The notes under the pieces were generated by a model, which saw only the letters and a program-made list of their open reading frames with translations, did not search any database and was not told the origin of the DNA. 32,000 nucleotides of DNA from the NCBI GenBank assembly GCA_964480775.1, contig CAYZRF010000018.1, positions 5,835 to 37,834 of the forward strand, given 5' to 3'. A program made the position numbers and the translations under genes. Each line of letters starts with the position of its first letter. Positions within the stretch are counted from its first letter, which is position 1. Positions 17,266-26,620 of this stretch are shown here, piece by piece. This DNA is from an uncultured Nitrososphaerota archaeon (GTDB lineage Archaea > Korarchaeota > Korarchaeia > Korarchaeales > Korarchaeaceae).

Positions 17266-17415
17266 CTTGGAAGAACCTTTTTCCAATTGCCTTTTTCTCC
17301 AATCTTCCTGGTATTTTTAGATAGTCTCGCTTTTGAAAATCCCGATTCTTTATGGAGTTTTCTTCTGTCTTTTTATCCTTTGAATTAAATATCTTAACTG
17401 CAATGAGGGATTGAA

Positions 17416-18954
17416 TTGCCCCTAGTAAAGGAAGAAGGAGGTTTTTATGATAGAGATCCAAGGAACTACGAGCTTAAGGTCGGAATAGTATTTCCTGGCC
17501 CTTACAAAGCCAGCATAAACTCTCTTGGCCATCAGTTGGTATATTACCTTGCTAATGAGGTAGAGGGAGTCATAGCTGAGAGGTTTGTCTCAGACCTCCC
17601 AGGGTCGGTTGATGGGGGCTTAAGGCCAAGAGATTTGGATCTTATGCTCGTTTCAATTCATTATGAAGGGCAAATTCACACTTTTTTGAGTATGCTGCGT
17701 GATTGGGGAGTTCCAGCTAGGAAAGAAAGGAGAGAACTTATGATAATCGCTGGAGGTCCTGCCTTAAACAATCCCTTACCTGTTTCTGGGGTTTTCGACG
17801 GCATTGTAATCGGTGATGGTGAGGAAATAATCCCAAAACTGCTCAAAATGATGGTGGAGGGAGCACCTAGAGAAGAAATTTCTTCTCTAGGTGGACTATA
17901 CGTAAAGGGTAAGGAAGGCGTTAGGTTTCAGAGGTCTAGCATGGAATACTTACCAGAAATGCAGATAATGGCTCATTTTCCAGAAGGTAAGAACCCATTT
18001 CTTCTTGAGGTATCTAGAGGATGTTCCCAAGGTTGCCGCTTCTGTCTGCTTGGCTGGACGCAGAGACCAAGAAGAGATCGTTCTCTTCGCCAGATTGAAG
18101 AGCAGATTGAAATAGCTGCAGACCTAGGATTTGAGAAGATCTACCTTATAGCAAGCGACCTCCTGTCCCATCCCATGATAGCTGACATCATGAAGAAGAT
18201 CTTGGATGAAGGGCTGAGGTTGTCAACCCCGTCCTTGAGGGCAGATGAGGTCAGCGATGATGTTATAGAGGTTTTAAAGATGGCTGGAGTCAGAACTATT
18301 ACTATTGCACCGGAAACGGGAAGTTGGAGGATTAAACTTGCAATTAACAAGCCCATGAAGAACAATGAGATAATCAATGTTGCAAAAGACCTTAAGGATG
18401 CTGGCATTAGGAAATTGAAGACTTATTTTATCCTAGGATTTCCATTTGAGAAGCAGGAAGACGTGAAGGAATCCGCAGAGCTAGCTTCTGATCTCTCCAG
18501 CACAGGTCTTGATGTGGAGGCCTCGGTAAGTCAGTTCATTCCAAAACCTCATACTCCCTTCCAAAAGCTTCCTCTTGAAGGACCTGAGATTTATAGAAAA
18601 AAGGTAAGAATGTTTGAATTGCTTTCAGGAATAAGAGTGAAGGCAACCCACCCCGGAAGGAATTTCGTTCAAGCTGTTGTAAGTTTGGGAAATGAAAATC
18701 TAGGCGATGTATTAATCTCTGCCTCTTCAGGCCCGTATCAATCATCACATTACAAACAAATCGCAGCAGAGAAAGGAGTTTCTCTTAATTATGTATATGA
18801 AAGAAACAGAACTCTGCCTTGGGTTGAGGCGATTAGTACAGGCGTTAAACTGGACTACTTGAAAGAAGAAATTAGAAAATCAGAGAAGTTCGAATTGACG
18901 CCTTCTTGCGACGCCATCTGCACAGAGTGTGGCATATGCCCAATAGGATCATAG
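17416..18954 (+). CDS. Radical SAM protein with N-terminal B12-binding-like domain (TIGR03960-like family)
   Basis: TTG start with an in-frame TGA immediately upstream at 17413..17415. N-terminal sequence is VGIVFPGPYKASINSLGHQLVYYLAN. The CX3CX2C motif is SRGCSQGCRFCLLG. The extreme C-terminus has the Cys cluster CDAICTECGICP. Confidence 0.8.
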   Translation: MPLVKEEGGFYDRDPRNYELKVGIVFPGPYKASINSLGHQLVYYLANEVEGVIAERFVSDLPGSVDGGLRPRDLDLMLVSIHYEGQIHTFLSMLRDWGVPARKERRELMIIAGGPALNNPLPVSGVFDGIVIGDGEEIIPKLLKMMVEGAPREEISSLGGLYVKGKEGVRFQRSSMEYLPEMQIMAHFPEGKNPFLLEVSRGCSQGCRFCLLGWTQRPRRDRSLRQIEEQIEIAADLGFEKIYLIASDLLSHPMIADIMKKILDEGLRLSTPSLRADEVSDDVIEVLKMAGVRTITIAPETGSWRIKLAINKPMKNNEIINVAKDLKDAGIRKLKTYFILGFPFEKQEDVKESAELASDLSSTGLDVEASVSQFIPKPHTPFQKLPLEGPEIYRKKVRMFELLSGIRVKATHPGRNFVQAVVSLGNENLGDVLISASSGPYQSSHYKQIAAEKGVSLNYVYERNRTLPWVEAISTGVKLDYLKEEIRKSEKFELTPSCDAICTECGICPIGS

Positions 18955-18961
18955 ATTAACT

Positions 18962-20161
18962 TCAAGTAGCATAATGGAGTATTGCGTACGCTCCAACTAT
19001 CATAAGTAAGATTCCTGCAATTAGTTTCATTAATGGATACTTAGTACCTCTCCAATATTTTAGAGTCCTGAGTTTTACTCCAAACAGGTTAATTCCCAGC
19101 AATATTATGGCTAGTGGCAAAATGAAGACAATGTTGTATATGAGTAGAACTAAAACCTGTTTTCCAAAAGGGAGTTTTGCTATAAGTCCTACTGTCACCA
19201 GGTAAGGTCCCCAAGAACAAGGCAGCAGCGTGAAGCTCAGAAGTATTCCTAATCCAAAAGCTCCTACAACGCTAGCTTTAGTTCCAATCTCCTCCACCTT
19301 CTCAGCAGTGATCCTCTTAAGAGGTCCTGGTAGAGTTGATTTGAATGGGGTAACTACTGCGGAGAAAACTTCATATCCTCCAAAAGCCAAGGCTATTGCA
19401 CCGATTAACACAAGAATCCATGAATGGCTAGTAATAAGCATTGATAGCACGGTTCTTAGGCTAAGCCCAAGTAAGAAATAAGATAGGTACACCGTTAATA
19501 TGAATGCAAATCCCACCCAAGTGCCCCTCTTTTTGCCCACTGACTGTACAGATAGGATTATTAAGACCAGAAATATGCTCAAGACACAAGGATTTACTGA
19601 ATCTGCAGCAGCAGCTAAAATAACTCCAGGGAGGATTGTTCTCAACGATTTTTCTTTAATAGAGATGGTCGGACGTGTTTCGTTCTCATTTTGAACGCCA
19701 ATGAAGAGATTTTCTAAAGTTAAGATTGTGTTTTCGTTTGTTAGATTCCCAACGATTTTTCCTTCCCAAGCAATGAGAACAGATTGTCTCTCCGTGTTAT
19801 TTAATACTTCAAACCAAAAGCTAACTGGCGTATATCCCACAGTCACCGCTAGCAAGCTATTGTTCCAAAAAACTCCAACAAGAGGGGTTTCAGGGCTTTT
19901 TCCCTCACCATAAACCATTTTTATAATCTTTAAGGCTCGATAAAGGCTTTCATTTTCCTGAAGATCAAAGAAGCGTATTGTCTCATTTCCATATATCTTG
20001 CTCAATTCGTTCTTAATTCTTCTACAATTAGGACATTGTTCTGTTCCATACATCAAGAACAAGGGTTCCTGATCTGGCAAAACATCCAAAATGGATTGTG
20101 TAAAGAGAAGCAATGCGATTGTAAGGGAGAATAAAAGCTTGCTTTTCTTCATCTTTCTCAC
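18962..20161 (-). CDS. Thioredoxin/glutaredoxin-fold domain fused to a CcdA/DsbD-type thiol:disulfide electron-transfer membrane domain
   Basis: Signal peptide MRKMKKSKLLFSLTIALLLF, a CPNC redox motif, then the membrane-domain motifs AADSVNPCVLSIF and LLPCSWGPYL. Confidence 0.75.
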   Translation of the reverse strand: MRKMKKSKLLFSLTIALLLFTQSILDVLPDQEPLFLMYGTEQCPNCRRIKNELSKIYGNETIRFFDLQENESLYRALKIIKMVYGEGKSPETPLVGVFWNNSLLAVTVGYTPVSFWFEVLNNTERQSVLIAWEGKIVGNLTNENTILTLENLFIGVQNENETRPTISIKEKSLRTILPGVILAAAADSVNPCVLSIFLVLIILSVQSVGKKRGTWVGFAFILTVYLSYFLLGLSLRTVLSMLITSHSWILVLIGAIALAFGGYEVFSAVVTPFKSTLPGPLKRITAEKVEEIGTKASVVGAFGLGILLSFTLLPCSWGPYLVTVGLIAKLPFGKQVLVLLIYNIVFILPLAIILLGINLFGVKLRTLKYWRGTKYPLMKLIAGILLMIVGAYAILHYAT

Positions 20162-20392
20162 TTTCCTCTCATTAGCTCAATTCGTTTTATTTTATGGTGT
20201 TTGCAAATATCTTCCTGTAAAAAGAGTCCTGTAATATAAAGGTCTATAACTTATTCACAATCAAAATGGAGAATTAAGGGATCAGTTTTCCAGGGGTTCT
20301 TGAAAGGTCCTATATAATGCATTTCTTATTCTCGTTGGGTTTCGAATGAGCAACGCGAACAGCACACCTAAATTTTTGAACCGATTAATTAG

Positions 20393-21490
20393 GTGATGAA
20401 AAAGGCTATCATAATCTGCATAGATGGGTGTGATCCAGAGTATTTAGAAGATAGGCTTCCAAATTTTTGTAGATTTAGACAGAGATTCGGTCTTGCCATC
20501 GTCCCTACCATCACAAACGTCAACAGCGTTTCTATCATAACTGGAGTCTACCCAAAAGATCATGGAATAACCTCAAACTTCTACTATGACAGGAAGTCGG
20601 GAAAGGCCTACTATATGGAATCTGCGGACTCCATCTTGGTTGAGAACATATTCGAGAGGGCAGCAAGAAGTGGACTTACGTCCGCACTTATCACTGCGAA
20701 GGATAAACTCAGAACTCTTCTAGGCAAAGGAACAAGTCTCTCCTTTTCGGCTGAAAAACCTCCGAGCTGGATTATTGATAAGATCGGACCTCCTCCTAAG
20801 ATCTACTCTGTAGAAGTAAATGAATGGCTATTCAAGTCGTTTCTTGAAGTAATAAAAGATTTTGACTCAGATCTCTCTTTCCTTATGACTACAGACTATG
20901 TCATGCACAAATTTCCGCCAGAAAGCCAAGAAGCTAAAAGAAACATGAGGATGATTGATAAATGGCTTGGAATACTGCTTGATTATTTGGAAACAAGGAA
21001 TAGTTCAGAATACTTGGTATTCCTCACAGCCGATCACGGAATGTCCAATAAAACAAAGGGATTAGATCTGGAGAAATTACTTGAAAAAGAGGGCATAAAA
21101 GCCAAATCCATACCTATAATAAAAGACAGATATGTAGTACACCATCAAAACCTAGGAGGATCTTCTTACCTCTATCTTGAGGCTGAAAGTAAAGTTAAGG
21201 ATGCAATGGAGGTTCTTTCTGGAACTGAAGGGATAGAGCATGTGATGAGCAGAGAGGAAGCTTCGTCAACCTTTAACTTGCATCCTGATAGAATTGGGGA
21301 CATCTTCATTCTAGGAGAAAGAGATGTTGTCTTTGGAAAAGGAGAAAAGGGGCTTTTCGACGTAAAGATAAGATCTCATGGTTCACTACACGAAAGAAAG
21401 GTTCCTATATTTGTGTACGGAGACTCTATCGAAGTCAAAGAGAATAAAGATGTCGGTTACTTGGCCCTTAATTGGGTGACTGAAGGTTAA
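20393..21490 (+). CDS. Alkaline-phosphatase-superfamily enzyme (nucleotide pyrophosphatase/phosphodiesterase or phosphonoacetate-hydrolase-like)
   Basis: IICIDGCDPEY, PTITNVNSVSIITGVYPKDHGI (Thr nucleophile context), TADHGM and SHGSLHE. The ATG at 20396 is the likely start. Confidence 0.75.
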   Translation: MMKKAIIICIDGCDPEYLEDRLPNFCRFRQRFGLAIVPTITNVNSVSIITGVYPKDHGITSNFYYDRKSGKAYYMESADSILVENIFERAARSGLTSALITAKDKLRTLLGKGTSLSFSAEKPPSWIIDKIGPPPKIYSVEVNEWLFKSFLEVIKDFDSDLSFLMTTDYVMHKFPPESQEAKRNMRMIDKWLGILLDYLETRNSSEYLVFLTADHGMSNKTKGLDLEKLLEKEGIKAKSIPIIKDRYVVHHQNLGGSSYLYLEAESKVKDAMEVLSGTEGIEHVMSREEASSTFNLHPDRIGDIFILGERDVVFGKGEKGLFDVKIRSHGSLHERKVPIFVYGDSIEVKENKDVGYLALNWVTEG

Positions 21491-21543
21491 TCTACAATGA
21501 ACTGATTTCTTCACTTATCTTTTAGTTAACGTGAAATGCGCAG

Positions 21544-22011
21544 TTATTTTTCTTTTGCTATTATCTCCTTCTTATACCCTATTTTTAGAAGTTCTGATGG
21601 CTCGAACTTGAGTCCTGAGTACTCAGTTCCTCCCGCCCCAATTACCCAATCCATTGAAAATACGCTTTCATCCACGAAAACCTGACACTTCCCCCTGAAG
21701 GCTATAGGAGGGACTCCTCCAGCTTTGAAGCCAGTGAAAGAAAGAATTTCTTCCTCTCTGGCCAACCGAAGTTTTTTCAACCCAGACAGCTTCTCCAGTT
21801 TTCTGACGTCTGCTTTTGACGCACCCAAAAGAATGGCCCCTACAAATGAGCCTTCTTTTGATTTAAAGAGCAAAGACTTTATTATCCTACTAACTGGAAC
21901 CCCTAGAGCTTTTGCTGCGTCTTCACTCGTTCTTCCACTGTTTTTATGAAAAATTATCTCTCCTTTGAATCCAAATTCATCCATCATCTTCTTTGTCAGC
22001 TCTACGCCCAT
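21544..22011 (-). CDS. YbaK/ProX-type aminoacyl-tRNA deacylase (trans-editing domain)
   Basis: 155 aa. IIKSLLFKSK ... GFKAGGVPPIAF ... is typical of the YbaK/EbsC family. Confidence 0.8.
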   Translation of the reverse strand: MGVELTKKMMDEFGFKGEIIFHKNSGRTSEDAAKALGVPVSRIIKSLLFKSKEGSFVGAILLGASKADVRKLEKLSGLKKLRLAREEEILSFTGFKAGGVPPIAFRGKCQVFVDESVFSMDWVIGAGGTEYSGLKFEPSELLKIGYKKEIIAKEK

Positions 22012-22067
22012 CCCACGAGTTCAGATCTAAAACAAAATAATGATTTCGCTATGTCTACCTAAGGATA

Positions 22068-23465
22068 TTAGATTTTTCCAACTTTCTTGAGCTTGTATCT
22101 CTCATAGATTAAGAATAGGTCTTCGCCTTCTTTGATGAATTCCGTGGGTATCTTTCTGTCCATAGTTATGGCATGGAAGACTTTTACATCGCCCTCTACG
22201 CTTGCCGGTATTAGAGGTACAACCATCTCGGTATGCTTGTCTCTCCTTTCAACAAGCAGTAAACCTCCTCCCTTTCTCACCAAAACTCTCATTGTACCCT
22301 TGTAGGTCTCATACACTCCAGAAAGTTCATCTAAGATTCTCTCATACTTTATAACTGGTAATTCCATCGGGTTTTCCCCTAACATGAGTGCTAAGGCATA
22401 TTCTCCTATGTAGCTCAAAGGATAACCGCTGCCATTGGCAAGTATCACGACACCAATGTCCTTTTCTGGAATAAAGCCCATATACGCAGTCGATACCAAA
22501 ACACTTCCACCATGTCCAATAAGCTGATAACCAAAGAAATCAGGTCTTATTCCCAGACCATAACCATAGTACATCAGGTCTTTACTTATGAAAGGCTCGT
22601 GAGGCAAGCGTATTCTTGGTTTCATCATCTCTTTTATGGAATTCTCATCTACTATCCTCCCTCCATCGCTTTTACCATAGTTGATGAACATCTCTACGTA
22701 TTTTGACATGTCAATAACGCTGCTTATGAGCCCGCCATCACTTAAAATCGCTCCGTATGGATATGTGCTAGGTAATCTCTCCCCTGTCTTTGTCACGATG
22801 TATGGTATGGCTACATCAGGATCTCTCTCAACTTCTTCCTTGTGGAAATAACTTCTCTTCATTCCTAGAGGTTCGATTATGTGTTTCTTAACGTAATCAG
22901 CGTAGTCTTCTCCAGAAACCTTTTCTATTATATAACCAAGCAAAATATAGCCTTCATTTAGGTAAAACCACCTTTCCCCAGGTTTTGAGTGGACCCATTC
23001 TTCAGCGTCTGCCATAAACGTGAACATATCCTGGTAGCTTGATATCGGAAGCCATTTATCCGACGACTTAGTTGTTTGTCTGATAACTGCTTCAGCATAC
23101 GCCAGAGCTGGGATTCCGCTTGTATGGCTCATTAAGTGCCAAATCCTAATTGGCTCGCCCTTGGGCTTTATTTCCAGAGGTACATATTCTTCTATAGGGT
23201 CTTCAACGCTTAATGCTCCCTTCTCTTGTAGCTGCATTATAGCTAGGCACGTAAAAGATTTTGTAACGCTACCAATGCAGTAAAGAGTCTCTGGGGTTGC
23301 TGAAAGACCATTTGAGAGGTCTTTAAAGCCGAATCCCCTTTTGTAAATCAAATCTCCATTTTTAACAGCAGCTATGCTTAGACCAGGAAGTTTTGTCTCT
23401 GACATTTTCTCGAAGATGAAATCCTCCAGACTTTCGAAATCACCAGACAGAGGTCTCATCACCAT
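22068..23465 (-). CDS. S12-family serine hydrolase (beta-lactamase/D-aminopeptidase fold) with extra C-terminal domain (Pab87-like architecture)
   Basis: The SxxK motif is GSVTKSF, followed by HTSG and a GHGG-type KTG-equivalent region. A C-terminal beta-rich extension of about 100 aa is present. Confidence 0.85.
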   Translation of the reverse strand: MVMRPLSGDFESLEDFIFEKMSETKLPGLSIAAVKNGDLIYKRGFGFKDLSNGLSATPETLYCIGSVTKSFTCLAIMQLQEKGALSVEDPIEEYVPLEIKPKGEPIRIWHLMSHTSGIPALAYAEAVIRQTTKSSDKWLPISSYQDMFTFMADAEEWVHSKPGERWFYLNEGYILLGYIIEKVSGEDYADYVKKHIIEPLGMKRSYFHKEEVERDPDVAIPYIVTKTGERLPSTYPYGAILSDGGLISSVIDMSKYVEMFINYGKSDGGRIVDENSIKEMMKPRIRLPHEPFISKDLMYYGYGLGIRPDFFGYQLIGHGGSVLVSTAYMGFIPEKDIGVVILANGSGYPLSYIGEYALALMLGENPMELPVIKYERILDELSGVYETYKGTMRVLVRKGGGLLLVERRDKHTEMVVPLIPASVEGDVKVFHAITMDRKIPTEFIKEGEDLFLIYERYKLKKVGKI

Positions 23466-23599
23466 GATGTTGTTCGTTTCATATTGCTTTAAAGTATGGA
23501 CGCGTTAACCAGAAACTCGTAAGAATACTATCTCGTACTGTTTATGAATAGACTAGTAAGCAAAGCACCAAGTGTGAGAAAGGCTTCAGCTTAAAGGGC

Positions 23600-24516
23600 T
23601 CAATAATTCGAGCTAAGTTCCTCTAGAAGATCAAGATCCTCTTTTCTAAGTTCAATTTCTGCAGCTTCAGCATTTTGCTTTACATGTCCTTCCTTTTTAG
23701 CACTTGGTATCACTACGACATTATCATGTCTGAGGATCCAGCTCAGTGCTATTCGGGAGACTAAAATTCCCTTTTTAGAAGATATCTCATCGAGTACCTC
23801 TAACAGACTCGCTATATTTCCTACTCTCCCATACATGATGTAAATGAAAACTCTCTAAAGAGTCCTTTTGGCATTTTACCCGGACCATAGTTCCCAGTAA
23901 GCAGACCTTATGCAAGCGGACTATATGCTATCAATGTTAGACCTTCTTTCTGACAGTAGGGATCAGGTTTCTCTCTGGATTTCTTCTGAGGAGATTATAT
24001 TCGACCTGATTAGAAACTATATCTTTTTTTAAGGGCTTCCCTCGCTCTCTGAAGTCTGTTCAGAGAGAAGTTGCTGACTCCAATCGTTCGAATTTTCGCT
24101 TCGTCTGCCAATTCTTCCATAGCTCTCATCGTCTCTTCAATTGGAATTAATGGATTTGGCCAGTGTACTTGGTAAAGATCGATGTATTTAGTATCTAATC
24201 GTTTTAGACTTCGTTTTAGGGCCTTCTTTACCCCTTTATACGTTAGATGTATTGGAGATACCTTCGTTGCTATTACCACCTCTTCTCTAACGTCTTTGAC
24301 CGCTTCTCCTATTGTGATCTCAGATACTCCCCCACCGTATGATTCTGCGGTATCTATGAAGTTTATTCCACAATCTAATGCTGTTCTTATGAGTTTTATT
24401 GCTTGATCGCGGTCAAACTCCTTTCCCCATCCCCAATATAAGCTACCTATCTGCCAAGTTCCCAGCCCTACTTTGGAGATTTTGATCCCAGATCTTCCTA
24501 GTTCCAAGTACTTCAT
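23600..24516 (-). pseudogene. Aldo/keto reductase, disrupted by several frameshifts and an in-frame stop
   Basis: ORFs 24010..24516 (N-terminal 168 aa, GLGTWQIG...DTAESYG) and 23600..23836 (C-terminal 78 aa) are separated by 173 nt. That gap still encodes AKR sequence in other frames (VSNQVEYNLLRRNPERNLIP; PYCQKEGLTLIAYSPLA*GLLTG). Confidence 0.85.
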
Positions 24517-24769
24517 CTAAAATCCCCTTAGGTTAAAAGAAATCTGGGTTGAGAGCCATTGAAAAGTCTTCATGTATTATTAAAAGCTCATTTCGCCGTT
24601 TCTTGAAAAGAATGTAAGAATAGAATATATTAAAGAGAAGTCAATTGCCAAAAGTAGGTCCGGTCAGGAATTAGAAATACATCGGAGCCGCTTCCAGTTC
24701 GAACCATTATCATGATGGTTATGAAAAGAGATACGAGCATAAACAGTGGAAAGGAACTAAAGAAGTTCT

Positions 24770-25318
24770 TCACCAACGTCGGAGTCTTAGGGGTCTTTCT
24801 GAAAAAACCACCATTAACCTTCCCTCATCAACTATCATTGCTCTACCAATCCCTAGGAGCTTCATTAAGATCAAGATATCTCCGACTGACCCTAAGAAGT
24901 TTAAGAAAGAAATTATTCTTAGAACGGGCAAATCTGAAAAAATAAAGGGCAAAAAGCTGAGTAATAGAGGAGATATGGCTATGAGGAAAAACTTCCGCTT
25001 TCCTATCTTTCCTTTTATTGCAAGATATATGTAATAGCCTCTGAATCCTAATCTGAATCTCAGCTTCAAGATTTTGATTATAATTATATGAACGCCTTCA
25101 TGGAGTGCTACTACTACAAATGTAAGTGCAAGAAAAAAGAGATAATCATACGGACATTTAAACATAAATTGCACTTGTCTGGACCCTACGAGAATTAAAG
25201 ATATTGGAAACAAGACTAAGAAGGCTCCAATAACTTCAATTTTGTTAGGAACCTCCATCCTCCACTCTATGTAATTCTTTTGCAGCTGGAAACCATGGGT
25301 AGAGTCAAAATTCATCAT
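24770..25318 (-). CDS. DUF3267-like membrane protein with HExxH motif (putative membrane zinc metalloprotease)
   Basis: 182 aa with about 4-5 TM segments. ALHEGVHIIIIK contains HEGVH. Confidence 0.5.
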   Translation of the reverse strand: MMNFDSTHGFQLQKNYIEWRMEVPNKIEVIGAFLVLFPISLILVGSRQVQFMFKCPYDYLFFLALTFVVVALHEGVHIIIIKILKLRFRLGFRGYYIYLAIKGKIGKRKFFLIAISPLLLSFLPFIFSDLPVLRIISFLNFLGSVGDILILMKLLGIGRAMIVDEGRLMVVFSERPLRLRRW

Positions 25319-25474
25319 ACATTACATACTATAGCTCCCGAACGTAATATTATACGTGCTGTTTGTCATAAAGGGCTTTAGTTAGATTACTTGTTTCCTC
25401 CTTTAATGGCCTCTAAGTCCATCAACGCTCCCTGTGCAAAAGATTATTAGATAAAAATCTCAGTACGGGAGGAT

Positions 25475-25903
25475 ATGACCGAGAAATCCACGCATAAGTC
25501 CAACAGATTGAATGAATTCCAAGTTATTCTGATTTTAATTACTGCAACTTTTCTAATTATCTATGTTTCCAAGCTAAGGGTTGTTGATGATCGTTTATAC
25601 AGATCTCTTCCATCGAATGCTCCTCTTATAAGCTTTTTGACGCTTGTTTTTTCCCTTTATCTTCTTAGAATGATTTTTAGGGAGTTTGAGCCCCAACTAA
25701 TAGAAGAGAAACGCTCTAGCAGAGACCTTTTAGATGTCTTCATTTTATTGGTGCTAATGTTTCCTGGAACTGGGCTTTCTGCTATAATTCTTCCAAGAAT
25801 GGGATTCCCTGAGTGGATTCCTTTTGCTATGAGGGGTTGGACGTATGTCTTCCTCCCGACAGTGTACGTCTTAATGTGGAAAAAGAAAATTGGTCAAGTT
25901 TAG
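25475..25903 (+). CDS. Membrane protein (3-4 TM); possibly the N-terminal part of the downstream CPBP-like gene
   Basis: ATG preceded by GGGAGGA. It overlaps the next ORF in another frame and ends just after an A-rich run, GGAAAAAGAAAA (25878..25889). Confidence 0.5.
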   Translation: MTEKSTHKSNRLNEFQVILILITATFLIIYVSKLRVVDDRLYRSLPSNAPLISFLTLVFSLYLLRMIFREFEPQLIEEKRSSRDLLDVFILLVLMFPGTGLSAIILPRMGFPEWIPFAMRGWTYVFLPTVYVLMWKKKIGQV

Positions 25904-26373
25904 GCTTTAGAGGAAGATCCCTACTACGAACGGATATCATATATGCTCTTTCGACTGCTATCGTAGGGGTGACTGCCATCGATGCTTTAAACTTCCTAAT
26001 CTCAAAAGCAATAGGAACTCCATTAGAGCTACAAACTATGGGAATTCCCTTTAGATCCCTACTTCCATTTGCACTGATTCATGCCACGGATATGTTTCAA
26101 AACGTGGCATGGAACGGGTTAATCCAGAACAGGATAGAGGGATATTTCGGATGGAGTTCAAAAGGATTTTGGGTCTTTTTCGTGGTTATGAGCTTGTTAT
26201 TTAACTTCTATTTTGAACCGAGAAGTTCTTTAGTAGATTTCATTAGATACGCCCCCGGTAGCACTCTTGGTTTACTAATCGATTGTTATCTCTTTCATAA
26301 AACTAAGAGAATTGCTACTCCAGCTCTTTGGCACTGGTTTACAAATATGTTTGGCATGGTTCCCTTTATTTAA
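25876..26373 (+). CDS. CPBP (CAAX protease/Abi)-like intramembrane protein with degenerate catalytic motifs
   Basis: The track ORF starts at 25813. I prefer the in-frame GTG at 25876, or a fusion with the upstream ORF. The terminal motif HWFTN (HxxxN) is present, but the position of EExxxR reads QNVAWN. Confidence 0.5.
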   Translation: MEKENWSSLGFRGRSLLRTDIIYALSTAIVGVTAIDALNFLISKAIGTPLELQTMGIPFRSLLPFALIHATDMFQNVAWNGLIQNRIEGYFGWSSKGFWVFFVVMSLLFNFYFEPRSSLVDFIRYAPGSTLGLLIDCYLFHKTKRIATPALWHWFTNMFGMVPFI

Positions 26374-26620
26374 GGGAAATAAATTCAAAAGAAAAGGCAT
26401 CGCGCTCGTCAAAAAATCTCACTCCATGATCAGCAACCTTTCACCAAAAGATCAAACGCTCACAGCAATCATCGTGAAGAATTGAGCCAAATCTTCAAAC
26501 TATCCTAATGAAAAAAGTCTTACTAAAAGAAATGCTCTTCAATCTCAAAACCATTTGAGTCGCACAGGAAGAAACCTAACTCACAAATAAATAGCTTCAA
26601 AACATGGATGGAAGGGCTTA

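Noticed and set aside
17249-17461. 70-aa minus-strand ORF in the GNAT/rSAM spacer.
   Set aside because: It overlaps both neighbouring genes' ends, has Lys-rich low-complexity sequence and has no supporting promoter geometry.
20331-20360. tRNA T-arm-like string GGGTTTCGAAT in the CcdA/AP-family intergenic region.
   Set aside because: No complementary T-stem, acceptor stem or anticodon arm can be drawn around it.
24690-24710. T-loop-like CAGTTCGAACC near the DUF3267 gene's 3' end.
   Set aside because: The flanking bases do not pair as a T-stem (TCCAG versus CATTA), and there is no cloverleaf.
24712-24945. 77-aa plus-strand ORF overlapping the 3' end of the DUF3267 gene.
   Set aside because: It is antisense to a motif-bearing membrane protein gene, has basic low-complexity sequence and has no recognisable domain.
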